From the NCBI RefSeq assembly GCF_001194135.2, contig NC_068985.1, positions 80,621,999 to 80,669,497 of the forward strand: a DNA stretch of 47,499 nucleotides. Direction: 5' to 3'. Positions 26,411 through 39,816 of the stretch are shown here, in pieces. A program made the position numbers and the translations under genes. Source of the stretch: Octopus bimaculoides. Lineage: Eukaryota. The notes under the pieces were generated by a model. The model was not told the origin of the DNA, did no database searches, and worked only from the letters and a program-made list of their open reading frames with translations. Positions within the stretch are counted from its first letter, which is position 1; every line of letters starts with the position of its first letter.

Positions 26411-26628
26411 GGTTCATAGTCCTATGGGTGGTGTGAAAACCTCAAGAGTGCAGGTGGCACAGAAGAAGCACCTACTACATGATGTAAAGTGGTTGGCATT
26501 ATAAAAAACCCATAGAAACCATGCCAAAGCAGACACTGGAGCATGATGCAGTCTCTGCACTCATTGGTTTATATCAAACCATCCAGCCCATGTCAGCATG
26601 GAACATGACTGTTAAATGATGATGATGA
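26411..26628 (+). mobile_element. Short element with RTE-like 3' tail
   Basis: aagtggttggcatt...agaaaccatgccaaagcagacactggagc...cccatgtcagcatgg-(GAT)n; similar copy at 35560-35760. Confidence 0.7.
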
Positions 26629-27649
26629 TATATATGGCCATCTTTTTCCATTTCTATTTTCTCATATTCTATAGAAGTCAAATATTGATGTCTTTTAATG
26701 ACATAAAGCCACAAATATGTAGGGGAAGGGTTTAATATGTTGAATTAATACTAGTATATTACTGATGCTTATTTTATTCTGCTGGATGTATCCTCTTTCT
26801 GAATGCAATGGTACATAACAATATACCACAAGTTATGTACTCTCTACTACTCACTATCTCATTTATGTCTATATTAACTCTGTGTATATATGTTTATAAT
26901 TTCAGGTTACATAACCTGTACATACATAGACACATACCACTGGAAAATGGAATCTGAGATCTAATTTTAAATGAGTATCTGGATGTAAATGTGTATCATG
27001 ATCAGATGCAACAGCAATTTTCTGAACAATGTGTATGATAATAGCATTAGGTAAAGCTTTGTACAGATAGATACAATTTGGAATTGAGCTGATGAAGCTG
27101 AAATTCATTGATGTGAAAGGAGAATTCTATCATGCTTTGCTACTTCCACAAATATCTTAAGACATATTTGAAAAGTGCCACCAGAGATTTACAAGTATTC
27201 CATTAGTAAATTGACCTAAACTTGTAGCACTTACAAAGTTTCTCTAGCATTTTACTCCAGATAAGAAACTAGATTTCATAGATATCAATTCTGTGGTAGA
27301 TAATGTGTTCCAATTAAATGTGATTTGCTGGCAGCTTTATCTCAAGGGGTTTTCAAAGAAGAAAGCAGGGCAGCACTGTTCTTCAGATGCATAAAATGTG
27401 TTAGTGTTGTGCTTCTTAACAAATGCCAGTTATTAGAAATATTTCTGGTTTTAGAGCAACTTCATATATATTTTAGCAACAAATGTGTAAATGAAAATAT
27501 CGTAAAGAGATTTGATGGGCTGAGCTGATCTACAGCTCTAATTTTCAATGTTCTTTTGTATGTCACCAGAAAAATATTTTTAAAAATTACTTTTTTCTTG
27601 GAAGACCTGGATCAACAGGAATTAATTGATAATAATGATAATATTAGTT

Positions 27650-27862
27650 TCATATTTTGGCACACGGCCAGCAATTTTCACATGACGTTAGTGGAGAGTG
27701 GGGATAATTCGTTTAGATTGATCTCAGTTCTCAACTGGTACTTATTTTATTTACCCAGAAAGGATTAAAGGCAAAGTTGACTGGAAATTGAACTCAGAAT
27801 GTAAAAATGGATGAAATGTCACTAAGCATTTTGCCCAGTGTGCTAGCACTTCTGCCAGCAGA
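27650..27862 (-). mobile_element. Nin-type SINE (family B)
   Basis: ctcaactggtacttattttat...aggcaaagttgac...gaactcagaatg...tctgccagc. Confidence 0.8.
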
Positions 27863-27876
27863 TTGTCTTAATAGTG

Positions 27877-27877
<1 letters not shown>

Positions 27878-27941
<64 letters not shown>
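27878..27941. repeat. (AAT)n microsatellite
   Basis: About 20 near-perfect units. Confidence 0.98.
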
Positions 27942-27947
<6 letters not shown>

Positions 27948-30065
27948 GGCAGGAATGTGCTACAAGGGAATTTGAAAATGCTATTTTTATTGATACAGCA
28001 GTGCCAATAATAATAAGCTGGAAACAGGATTTAGCACTGTACTTATGTGTCGCAGAAAAGTATTCAAATAATTTTTCCGCACTGAAAATTCTGAGGTGTT
28101 TTAAGTGATTGTCGAAAGGTATTATTATACATAGATGGCAGTTTTAATTTAATGCAGCTTCAATTTCATATACCAGATTTTTATTCAGCTAGATGTCTAT
28201 TTGCAATACTAGTGAATATTTCATTCACTGTTTCCTATTTTGGAGATGACAAATTGCATCTAGGCATGTGACTGTGAGTATATGTCACTGATAAGGCTCA
28301 AGGAGGAAGAAATCCATCTAGTGTTCTTGCCAACTGCTGATGGGATGATTTTTTAAGTCTTTCTCCAACATTGATGTTTTGTTTTTAAATGCAACCTGTC
28401 CATAAGAAATGTTATCTCGGGACTAATGCCACAGTAACATGCCCATCAATGAAGTGCTTTAAGTATGATACAAAATTATAGTTTATAATAATGGGTTCTT
28501 GATAGAAAAGGATATATGTTATTTATGTATTTGATCAAGCAATAAGACATACACTTAGAAGCAAATGATAAACAGTTTTATACAAATACTAAGGTACTAA
28601 AATTAATAAAGCAATGTAAAAAGTAATGCCCTTAGTTTAATCTAATAGAATAGGGGTCAACCAGCTGAGTCCACTCTTACCATTGTGGTTTGTGCATAGT
28701 TTGGACACTTAACTCTTAAAATGCACAGTTCACCTTGCTGCAAATGTGTACTACAAAGCAGGAACTGTAAGTTGCTCCAAGTAATTTCAGTATTGTTGAT
28801 TTGACAAGAGATTCATTAGTTTGCAGTTTTGGGTTCAATTCCTGCTATAGAGGAAAAAAAACCCAAAACAAATTGTGATATACTAATATTCCGCACAGAA
28901 AGAGATGCCATAGAAACGGGGAATGAGTATTAGGCTACATGGATCATTCTTACTCTTAAAGGATTAGCTTATCAGTGGGACATACAGCAAAACATTTACA
29001 GTAATTGGAAGTGTCAGGTTAAGGCCTTTGTATCTGTTGGGGCTAGGGATAAGGACAGCCTGTCGCATAAGCACATTTTATCCAATTTTATTTGCTACTA
29101 TCATTAGAAACCTAACCGTTCCATTTATTGGTATATAATTTCTCCAGACTTTCATAAAGTGAAATGTAAGATATCTAATTTTTACTTTAAATTATACATC
29201 TATATTTTTTCTTATTGCATTATAACTTTTGTGATTACAAGTGTGAAAATGTTTTCCCCCAAATCAGTTGATGACTTAAAGAAAACTGATTTCTATCTAC
29301 AATGTGTCAAATATATCAGTAGTAAATATATATGTGAAGAACAATTGTCATAACCTCACGATTTCTATGATATTTTCCAACAACCATGCAGTTGGCTTTA
29401 GGCATAGGTGCAAGTTAAACAAACAAATAGTTGCTGTTTCCTTAATAAGAATGAACAAAATATAAATGAAATTTTCTAAGAAATTTATAAAGGGTAAGAA
29501 AGAAGAAAAAAACAGAAAGAAGGAATATTTTGTTATGAATATATTTGATTTTCATGAAGTTCATTTAGATAGGTGCATTTCTGTCACTTAGAATGTCAGT
29601 ATTGCACCTAAGGATAATAAGCTATGATGTATGTATGAATAACCATCAAACTTAAAACCATAGTTGTACGATCAATGCTTTGACATATTTTCTTTTTCAT
29701 CTAACCCAAATAGTGTATACATTTAGCTGATAAGATAGGTAAAACAAATCTCTAGATATTATAGGTAAAAATAGAGAAATAGCTGGTGGTCATACGTGAG
29801 AGTTCAGAGTGTTATAAAAGATGTTATTTTGATGTCATTTTTCAAGTCAAGTTTGAGACAATATTCTAGATGTGATAAAATAACAGCCAGCAGCTACAGC
29901 TTACTGCACTTTAGAAATAGGTCCATAAAGGTGTATTCAATTTCAAATATACATATATATTGTGTGTGTATATGTATGTAATATATATGAATATATATGT
30001 GTGTGTGTGTGTGTATGTGTGTGTATATTTATATGTATATAAGTATGTGTATGTGTGTATCTATA

Positions 30066-30103
<38 letters not shown>

Positions 30104-30431
30104 CATTTTGTATATATGTATATATGTGTGTGTGAGTGTGTATATTTAGATGGATTTATATAAGAATGTGTGTGTGGGTATATATATATATGAGAGTGTA
30201 TATATGTATTTATGTATGTATGCATATATATTGTATATAATGCATTAAATTCTATTGCATCACTACTAATCTTCAGCAAAATACAGTAGAAAAATTTCTG
30301 TTAGAATAGAACAGATAATCTGAGAGATTTCTTTTTAATATCGTTCAATTAAATGTCAGAAGCAATGATATCAATTGTTCAAACTTCACTGAGAATGTTA
30401 GGTGACTGATGAAGGTATCTGATAAATACAT

Positions 30432-30496
<65 letters not shown>

Positions 30497-30694
30497 AAAA
30501 TACATGNNNNNNNNNNATACATGCACGTTCACAGACAGACGGACAGACACATGCACATACATGCATGCGCGCGCGCGCACACACACACACACACACAGGC
30601 ATATGTAGATATGTATTGCATTTATTTATATGTACATATTTGTACATACAGTCATGCATCATTTTCATATCTTCATCATCGTAACAGTTATATT

Positions 30695-31320
30695 TTCTAC
30701 TATAGGTACAAAACCTGAAATTTTAGAGGAAGGGGCTAGTCAATTACATCGACCCCAGTGCACAACTGCTACTTATTTTATTGACCCTGAAATGATGACA
30801 GGCAAAGTTAACCTTTGTGGAATTTGAACTCAGAATGTAAAAATGGACAAAATGCCACTAAGCATTTTGCCTGGCATGCTAAAGATTCTGTCACTTCACT
30901 GCCCTCATAATAATAACAATAGCAACAATAATAATAATTCAAAAAATTTTGGCACACAACCAGCAATTTTGGAGGTGGGGCCTAATTGATTACAACAACT
31001 TTAGTGCTCAGATAGTACTTATTTTATTGACCCCCCCACCTCTCCTCCCAAAAAGTAGAATGAAAGGCAAAGTCAGCCTTGGCAGAATTTAAACTTAAGA
31101 TGTAAAACTGAAAGAAATGCTTCTAAGTATTTCATTTAGCATGCCAACAATTCTGCCAGCTCGCTGCCTTTAGTCTTCATAATAAGAATAATTTCATATC
31201 TGTTTTCCATACTAGCATAGGTTTGATAGACTGTTGCTGGTCTAGGCCAGTTCTTATTTGGAGGTGCTGTGCTTCTAAGCATTTCATTTGGCATGCCAAC
31301 AATTCTGCCAGCTCATTGCT
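30695..31320 (-). mobile_element. Head-to-tail cluster of Nin-type SINEs (two near-full copies plus a partial head)
   Basis: Repeated ggcaaagt..cct..gg(c/t)ggaatttgaact and gcatgccaacaattctgccagctc blocks separated by (AAT)n. Confidence 0.8.
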
Positions 31321-31562
31321 TTTAATCATCATAATAATAATCATTTCACATCCGTTTTCAATGCTAGCAAAGGTTTGATGGACTGTCACTGGTCCAGCCA
31401 GTTCTTATTTGGAGGCACTGTCCTAGATTTGTTTCGGTACCACATCTCACTTGTACATTTCATTTGCAGTTACAATTACTTATGTACTCTCACTCATGGA
31501 TCCACTTGTGAAGGATTTTACTCAAATGTGCAAATTCAGCCTTCATCAATTGCTGGCTGCCG

Positions 31563-31730
31563 ACAAAATCATAAGCATGGTTGTGTGGTTAAGAAATTTG
31601 CTCTGCAGCTGTGTGGTTCTGGGTTCACTTGCACTGAGCAGAACCTTTGGCTACCACAGCCTTGGGTTGATCAATACACAGAGTGGAATTTGGTAGAGAG
31701 AAACTGTGTGGAAACATGTCGTGTGTATGT
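31563..31730 (+). mobile_element. SINE family A head fragment
   Basis: gcatggttgtgtggttaagaa...gggttca...gtggaatttggtagagagaaactg. Confidence 0.65.
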
Positions 31731-32042
31731 CTTTTACCAATATATCAGAATAGTTCATTGTTATCGATGAAGAACATATGGTCCTTTAAACAAAGTCTGC
31801 TAAATTACAGAAGCTGCTTTCTTACTCCCAAGACTTGATCTATATGTTTACAACATGGTTAACTCTGCCAAAAGCATCCAAGATTAAGGTGGTAGTGTTA
31901 AACAATGACAGATTAAATAAATCACACAACATCTCAGAATGCAAATGGTAGACCCAAATACCAAAAGGCATCTCATCCAATGCTCTAACAATTCTATTGA
32001 TTTATTATCCTGGACTAGTTCTTTATTTCATTGATTTCTTAA

Positions 32043-32225
32043 CCCTTTTGTTACCATGTTTCTGTCAGAATGGATTGCCTTTGTTTCAATTAATTTTGAA
32101 AGTAATATAAAATTTAGTAAAATAACTTTATCATTATTAAGCTGTGTCTTGGACATAAATTAACATGGAATTTTGATGGGAAATTTTAGTTTTGATCACT
32201 TTAAAACAGAATTTTATCATAGAAG
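32043..32225. mobile_element. Possible MITE fragment with a TTAA-CCCTTT end
   Basis: TTAA at 32039-32042 followed by CCCTTTT resembles piggyBac-like termini; no matching right end found. Confidence 0.35.
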
Positions 32226-32951
32226 TAAGGGTGATTTAGTGATGAAATTCTCAGCAAGGAAGCAAAATTTGAAAATAAGAGGCCTGAAAGTAAACCTAGC
32301 AAACACTAAAAGTTTGAAAAGTAGAAGAGAAGACAGACCTTTGTAAATGATTATACTGTCTATAAAGACAGTTGTTTACAACTGGCCTGTGTAGTTAATT
32401 AAATTTTATTTACACCTGTAGTACTGGCTTCAATCTATGCTTGTGTATATTATTAGTTCCAGTTAATTTATGTCTGTTGGGGTTTAGTTAAGTTGGTGTA
32501 AGTTGGAAGAGGAAAGTATGTGTGCAGAGTTAGGCTTGTTAATTTGAATTTAATTTTGAAATCTTATATTTTAAATTAAAGTACATCTTAAATTTAAATT
32601 TAGCTTTATTAATAACTTTAATATTTTTTACATTTTAAATTTTGATAAAACTATAATGTTTAAATATCCTATTGAGGGAAGAATGTACCATTGATCAATC
32701 ATTGTCTGTTTCAATAAACGTCACCTCTAAATCTATATTACAGATGATAGTGTATCCCTAAATGATCATAATCTGTTCCAGTAAAATCTATGTGTAAAAT
32801 ACTTTTCAAAAGCAATTACACACATTTGTAAGAAACTGAAATCACATCATAGCACATTGAAAAATATCACTCAGCCACCATAATGCAAAATATTGACAAA
32901 ACAAATCCAAGCTAAACTCTATCAAGGTATTAAACAAAGCAGCAAGTATTA

Positions 32952-32994
<43 letters not shown>

Positions 32995-33073
32995 NNNNNN
33001 NNNNNNNNNNNNNNNNNNNNNNNNNNNNNNNNNNNNNNNNNNNNNNNNNNNNNNNNNNNNNNNNNNNNNNNNN

Positions 33074-33123
<50 letters not shown>

Positions 33124-33779
33124 GAGTTATAGATCACATGGAAAGCAAGCACCAAAATGAGTTGGAGGAAGGTCTCTTATCTGTCTATCATATGTAAAGT
33201 AATATTCAAAAAATATTAAAAAGAAACTCTATGAAATAACCATAGATTAAATATATGTATAGCTTTAGCAAGTAATTTACTTGATGCCTTGATTCAACTA
33301 GAATGTTTTTGACTTGATCTACAGTCTTATGTATAGAGATGAGAAACACCCTATCAGACATAGAATGATGCAGTTCTGCATTTCACTGGGATAATTTCAG
33401 AATGTAGGTTGATTGGAATTTTTTCTTTTATTTTTTTGCTGTTTACAAAGAAATTTATGTCAGTTTTGATTTTGTTTGGAATAAATATATTGATCATCTA
33501 CTTATAGCTATAGCTTCTGATCTAGTGAAATTATATAGGATATTTAATGTTATTTTCATTTTTTTATGCTATTGAGGTAAGTATCCTGAGAGGATATTTG
33601 GATAAAACAAAACAAAACACCTTCCTAAAATACTGAGTTTCTGTTTGCTGTGAATAATCTTTTCTGCTATTGGTACAAGGCCTGAAATTTTGAAGGAGGT
33701 GATTAGACAAGTACATTGATCTAAGTGCTCAACTGGTACTTATTTTATTGACCATGAAAGGAAAAGTCATACTTGGCAC

Positions 33780-34590
33780 ATCATCATCATTATTTAACGT
33801 CTGTTTTCTATGCTGGCATGGGTTGGACAGTTTAACAAAAGCTGGCCAGCTGGAGAGCTGTCCAGGTTCCTATTGTTTGTTTTGGCATGGTTTCTATGGT
33901 TGGATGCCATTCCTAATGCCAGCCACTTTACAGAATGAACTCTGTGCATTTAATGTACCACCATTAGTATGTAGCACCAGCATGAGTGCATTTTACACTC
34001 ATGTAGCACCAGCATGAGTGCATTTTATGTGGCACAGGCATCTTCCAGACAAAATCCTCTCAGCTGGGAGGGAATAGGGACATGGCCACAAAGAATATGC
34101 CTGCATGCATGGGTAGCCTTGATTTTACTTAACTTGACATGTCTTTTCAGGTACAGCAAATTGCCACTGGTCTCTTTTTACCTCCCCAGTGAGGCCCAGA
34201 ATCTAAAGATCCTTTCTCACCACTTCATCAAATGTGTTTCTGGATCTACCTCTTCCACTGGTTCCCTCCATAATTAGATATTGGCACTTCTTTAAGCAGC
34301 TGTCCTCATCCATATACATCACATGACCATACCAGTGCAGTCTTCTCTTTTGCACACAACATCTGATGCCCCTTATACCCAACTTTCCTCTTAAATCATT
34401 TCCACTGTTGTATGTGCACAGTGACATTACCCATCCAATGGAACATACTAGCTGCGTTTCTTCGAAGCCTTCTCAAGTACTCTGTAGTCATAGCTCCTGT
34501 TTCACTGCCATGTAGTATAGCTGTACATGCATAAGCATCATACAATCTGCCTTTCACTCTGAGGGAGAGGTCCTTTGTTACCAACGAAGT
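33780..34590 (-). mobile_element. RTE LINE 3' fragment
   Basis: VTKDLSLRVKGRLYDAYACTAILHGSET, LRGKLGIRGIRCCVQKRRLHWYGHVMYMDEDSC, then the RTE tail. Confidence 0.88.
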
Positions 34591-34754
34591 GAGGTTGAGA
34601 AATATTTACTCTGGGATATACTGTGTATCAGATTGTTATTTACAAAGTTAGTTTTTTATTTGGAGGCTGTGATGTTTTTTTAATGCCTTATATTAGTTAA
34701 TAAACATTTCTTAATGCTTGATAACTATGCATTTAAAATAATTGTTTTTAATTT

Positions 34755-35200
34755 ATGCTCAAGGCCAAAAATTTTGAGAAGAACATGTCATTTGGTACCA
34801 TCTATTTCAGTATTTGACTGGTAATCTATTGACACCAAAGATTGAAAGGTAAAACTGATCTCAGTGGGATTTGAACCCAGAACATAAAAAGATGTAACTA
34901 AATACTGCAAAACATTTCATTTGTTACTCTAATGATTCTGTCAGCCCACCACCTTACACATGTAAAATAGTATCAAACTTTTATTGCATTAAGTGGTTAA
35001 CTGGCACAGTTGTTAGAATGTAGGACAAAATGCCTCACAGAATTGGCTCAAGCTCTCTGCACTTTGAATTCAAATCATGGTGAAGTTAGCTTTACCTTTC
35101 ATCTTTACAAAATTGGTAAAATAAAATACCTAGTTTAGGGTAGTGGCTTGGTAGAACTGCTAGAGCATCAGACATGATGTCTTAGAATACTTGTTCAAGT
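34755..35200. mobile_element. Cluster of Nin-type SINE fragments in both orientations
   Basis: gggatttgaacccagaac (minus) and tttgaattcaaatc...ctttacctttcatc (plus). Confidence 0.6.
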
Positions 35201-35559
35201 TTGTTGTTGGTTAAGTTCTTAGGTAGTAGACTTAATCTTTTACTTGGTTTAACACTATCCGCCGACTTTACTTCTCCATTTTCACTCTATGCACTCTTAC
35301 AACCCCCCCCATCACCCATTTTCATGTTTCCTCAGTTATCACTTACTTTTACTTACCTCACACCCTGAGAATCTATTTAAACTCCCTCATCACTGCTATT
35401 TTTTTCTCTTTCCAGCTCCACTCTCACTCTCTTCTTAATAGAGTAGTATATAGTTCTTCTACAGCAAGAAATAATCTGTTCTGATCTCGTTTTTTCTCTC
35501 ACACTTCAACCCCTTAACTCCTAGTGTAAAGCTGCCCCCTTGTGGTTTGTAGTCTTTCA

Positions 35560-35760
35560 AGATGCATGGTGACTCCACTAGTGCTGGTGGCATGAAAAAA
35601 AGCACCCAGTACATGTCAAGTGGTTGGTATTAGGAAGGGTATCAAGCCATGCCAAAGCAAACACTGGAGCATGATACAGTCCTTTGTCCCATTGCATCTT
35701 GTCAAACCATCCAACCCATGCCAGCATGGAATATGGGCATTAAATGATAATCGTGATGAT
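35560..35760 (+). mobile_element. Short element with RTE-like 3' tail
   Basis: ggtggcatgaaaaaaagcaccc...aaaccatccaacccatgccagcatgg. Confidence 0.7.
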
Positions 35761-36049
35761 TTATTAATTACAGAGTATACAACAACTGTACAAATGTCTT
35801 AAAACTTATAGGTTAAAGCCAGATAATTTTTCTTTAAGGACTTCTGTTCAATCATCAGATACTCTATATTTAATATATCTTCTACTCTACATCCAGATGC
35901 ATCGAATTTTTCCTTCTATGAATTGTCTCTTTAATCTTGTATTAAGGTAGACCTGTCATAAAAGTGTGTATGTTTGTGTGTAATGTAATTTTGTTGAAAG
36001 GGTATCTGAATTAAGTAGATCTAGCATTTGTAAAGAGTAGAAAATATAG

Positions 36050-36520
36050 GTATTATTGATGATTGAATTGATAGAGTTGCTGGTTAATTGACCCATGTGT
36101 CTTATCTCTAGTACAAATCTTTATATTATGTGTTCAAATGAAGCTAAGGTCAACTTTATCTTTCATCCCTCCGGAGTCAATAAAATAAAATACCAGTCAT
36201 GTATTGGGATTGATGTAAGTGACAAGGGTGGTTGGTTGGCAGAATTTGCAGACCATTGATAAAATGTCTTGTGGTAATTACATTCTGAGTTAAAAAAACA
36301 GCTGAAGTTAATTTTGCCTTTCATCATTTTGGGGTTGTAATATGAAGAATCAATGATGTAATAGTCACTCTAGCCAACTAAACTGGTTTGTTTTCATCTT
36401 TTCATCTTTCCAGTATTGTTTTCATCTTTTCTGTTTTGATAAAATAAAGAACCAGTCAAATTCTTGATTCAATAGGTTCCAATATCTGCAGCCTTATACC
36501 TGCATTAGAAATCATTGTTA
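36050..36520 (+). mobile_element. Cluster of decayed Nin-type SINEs
   Basis: Three occurrences of aataaaat(a)aaa(t/g)accagtca and c(t/c)tttcatc cores. Confidence 0.6.
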
Positions 36521-38034
36521 TTTCTTTTTTTTTCTGGCAAAGGTATAATTTTTGTAACAAAGTATGAAGCCATTAGAAATTAGAAAAAGAGAATCAGGGT
36601 ACTGGGATGGTATTTGTTTTTATTAAATGTTTTATTTTTTTTACCTATTTTACCACATTAGTAGAACTTATTTTGATTGATTTCTAGAAGGAGAAAATAA
36701 AAAAAAATTATCTTGGCAGGATTTGAACTTGTCAATGCAAAGAATTTACTGTGGCATTCTACTGCCCCATCCATCTTATCTTCCTCTTTTAAATAAGTAA
36801 AATATTGTTATAAAAAAGTAAATAACAACAACAACAAAAAAAAAAAAACAATAACAATTTGAAGTGGATATATTAATAAGGCATATTGACTCTCTTTCAC
36901 TCAGCTTTTATTCTATTACACTACCTGAAAGCAAATTTTCTTATTTTCGTTTGAATTTCCATACATTTCTATGCAATAGTTATTTACCTTGTAGGACTTC
37001 ATGTCTGTTATCAAAAGCTGTTATTATAATTTATTTTAGCTCTACAGGTTTCTGTTGTTGTTGTTGTTTTCTATAGCCTCCTTGCATTGTTTTGCACTGA
37101 TTCAAAAAGACAGTTCATTAGGATTTTATTTTTATTTTTTCATGTTTTTTTTTCTTCTTAAATTTTTCAAATTTTCACTTCATATTGAAACAGAAAACTT
37201 ATTATTTAAGTTCAGTTGAACTATTATGCCGTTAGTATTCACATCACTTTTTATTGTGCATAATAATTTCATTCCATTATCTCATAAGTGTATTATCCCT
37301 GGTGAAGATAAAATTAGTAGCTCAAGTGTCGTTTTTAGACAGTTGGTGTGTGTTTTGCTCCCTCAGTCATTGAGCATGTGTGTGTGCATGTGTGTGAGTG
37401 CTTGCATGTATGCTTGTGTGTGTGTATGTGTGTGTGTGAGATGTTGGAGGAAGAGGAAGTGGAACCAATCTATGAAATGAGAATATTGAGATAGGAAATG
37501 ATGGGTTGACTCTATGACTTGCATATGTGATGAACTTGAATGGCCGAAACAATTCACACCTCTCACTTGCAATATTTTCTTCTTATTCTGACGGTTTTTT
37601 TTTACTTTCTACTTTTTTTTTGTTGCTTAGTCAGTGGAGGAATTATTGTAATGTCTATCTGTAATCTTTCTGAAGAGCCTCCAAAACTGGTGGGTAAAAG
37701 CAAAGAGGAAACTATGAATCATGTGTTGGCTGTTGCTGAAGAATTCATTACAGCAACACATTGAATTTGTCATGTCCATGATCCTGCATAAGGCTTCTAA
37801 GACTGTTGGGAGAGAAGGTTGAAGAGATCTTCAATCTGGGCATCTCGCCCAAATGCTTGCTGCAAAATGCACTCTACTAAAGGCACCTATAGTCCAGGTG
37901 TTGATGTTAAATTGGGTAATGAATTAGGTTTGGCATCTAAGTAGGCTATTGTAGGATCTGAACTCAGGATCCAAAGAGCTGGGACAAACACCACAAGGCA
38001 TTCTGTCCAAAGATCTAATACTTGTTCCACTTCA

Positions 38035-38590
38035 TCATTGTCCTCCAGGCCATAACAGGAATACAAAAGTGGCTGCTCTTGGGAATTACTGTATACTGAT
38101 GATCTTACTCTCATGACAGATTCTGTAACAGAACTAGAAAAGAAATTCCAGGTGTGGAAGCAAAACCTTGAATCAAAGGGCCTTAAGATTAATTTAGTAA
38201 AAACTAAGGCTATAGTAAGCAAGAAAATGGGCAGGACCTTACCTCCATCAAGTAAATGACCTTGCTCAATATGTAGGAAAGATGTCAGCAAAAATTTCAT
38301 ACAATGCACCCAGTGCAAGCTATAGACATGCAAGAGGTACAGTGAAATAATAGGAAGCTTATCACAGAAATAAGTGTTTGTATGTGGAAAATGCACAGGA
38401 GCCATAAAAACTATAAAAACTATAGATACCCAGGAACTTGATTTTCTCAAATGCCTCAGAGGTACTTTAGAAGTAGTGGGTGATTTCTGCTAACAAGGGG
38501 ATCTAGTTAGCAGTGGGAGAGGATGTGCAGAAAGTGTAACTGCTAGAATAAGAATACAATAGAGAAAATTCAGAGCTTTTACCTTTGTGG
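38035..38590 (+). mobile_element. RTE LINE reverse-transcriptase fragment with a Cys-rich insert
   Basis: SGCSWELLYTDDLTLMTDSVTELEKKFQVWKQNLESKGLKINLVKTK (YADD motif mutated to YTDD), then CSIC...CTQC...CGKC. Confidence 0.88.
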
Positions 38591-39451
38591 GCAACCAAGG
38601 GTATGCAGCTGGAAAACCCATACCAAAACAGGCAGTAGACCTTGGTGCAGTCCTCTGCATATATCTGTGTACATATATACATGTATACACGTATATGCGC
38701 GCACACACACACATGTACACACATATATATATACACATGTATTTATACAGACANNNNNNNNNNNNNNNNNNNNNNNNNNNNNNNNNNNNNNNNNNNNNNN
38801 NNNNNNNNNNNNNNNNNNNNNNNNNNNNNNNNNNNNNNNNNNNNNNNNNNNNNTATATACATATATAAAATCAAAATAAGCAACAGGATGTCAAGAGGTT
38901 ATGCAGTGCGACCGTTTCAAATGGCTCCATTTAATTGAACATTGCAATCATTACATTAATTTGAATGCAGGGCTATCCTCAGCTGCTTAAATAAATAGAA
39001 TTTTTTAATCAGTTGGATGCATTAATATAATTTTACATAAATTTTCTAATAGAGCAAGGAGAGGGGGGAAAAGTCCATGTTGCTACTAATGTAGTTCAAA
39101 ATGTACTACACTTCTAAGAATTGTATGAAGTTTGTTAGGGTCATAGCTTGTAATGGATTGTGGTTCATTTTTAATTTATTAGTCTTTTTTATCAACTATC
39201 AAATCTAAGGCCTAAGGACGGTGTCTGTTTAGAATGGATAGACAAAGTGAGTTGACAGTTTATAGTTGGGTATGGTCATGAATATTGTCAAGATTTTGGG
39301 AAATGTGTAAATAACTGTCTATAAAGGAGGCTGGGTAGGGGAAGACTCTAAATCAAGATGTTAATTACCAGTTAAAGGGAAAGACGCTAATAAAACCTAT
39401 GATGTTAATACAGAGGGAATTATCATGGGTGATTTGCCAAGAAAATTATGA

Positions 39452-39787
39452 CCAACTAACATAGAAGAGAAAACTGTACTTTTTGCACCTTTCAAACCCC
39501 ACATAACAATTAAGGACCATAAAGTAAATTTCTTAACAGACACAAAAGTTAGACTAATCTGCCTCAATAAATCTGATCTATGTAAACTAAGTAAATTAAT
39601 ATTAGATAAATATATCACTACTATAAAAATTAAAATCACCCTTGAATTATGGTCAAATACCTATGATGCCCTTAACTGGTTATCCAAGATACAGAATAAA
39701 AATAGCTTTAAGTTCCTACAAATAGATATAGAGAACTACTACTCATCAATTAACCCTACAATTATTTTTGCCAAAAAACATACCTGA
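39452..39787 (+). mobile_element. Penelope-like element RT fragment
   Basis: Stop-free frame with no ATG, so absent from the ORF track: HITIKDHKVNFLTDTKVRLICLNKSDLCKLSKLILDK...WSNTYDALNWLSKIQNKNSFKFLQIDIENYYSSI, matching the PLE K-D-HK...R-LI and F-D-I-x-x-F/Y-Y-P/S-S-I motifs. Confidence 0.8.
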
Positions 39788-39816
39788 AGAAACTGGAGTA
39801 ACTTGAAATAAAGTGT

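Noticed and set aside
33955-34030. 33-bp direct repeat
   Set aside because: Small local duplication inside a decayed RTE 3' UTR, like the 16-bp duplication at 20024-20058; ordinary slippage
37520-37555. Active hammerhead ribozyme
   Set aside because: Core is GTGATGA rather than CTGATGA, stem II does not pair, and stems I and III could not be closed; CTGATGA at 27090 also fails stem III
37630-37764. Coding exon VSGGIIVMSICNLSEEPPKLV...
   Set aside because: No resemblance to kinesin or any family I recognise; ends in a stop without a donor site
37887-38450. 187-aa minus-strand ORF as a gene
   Set aside because: Antisense to the RTE RT fragment
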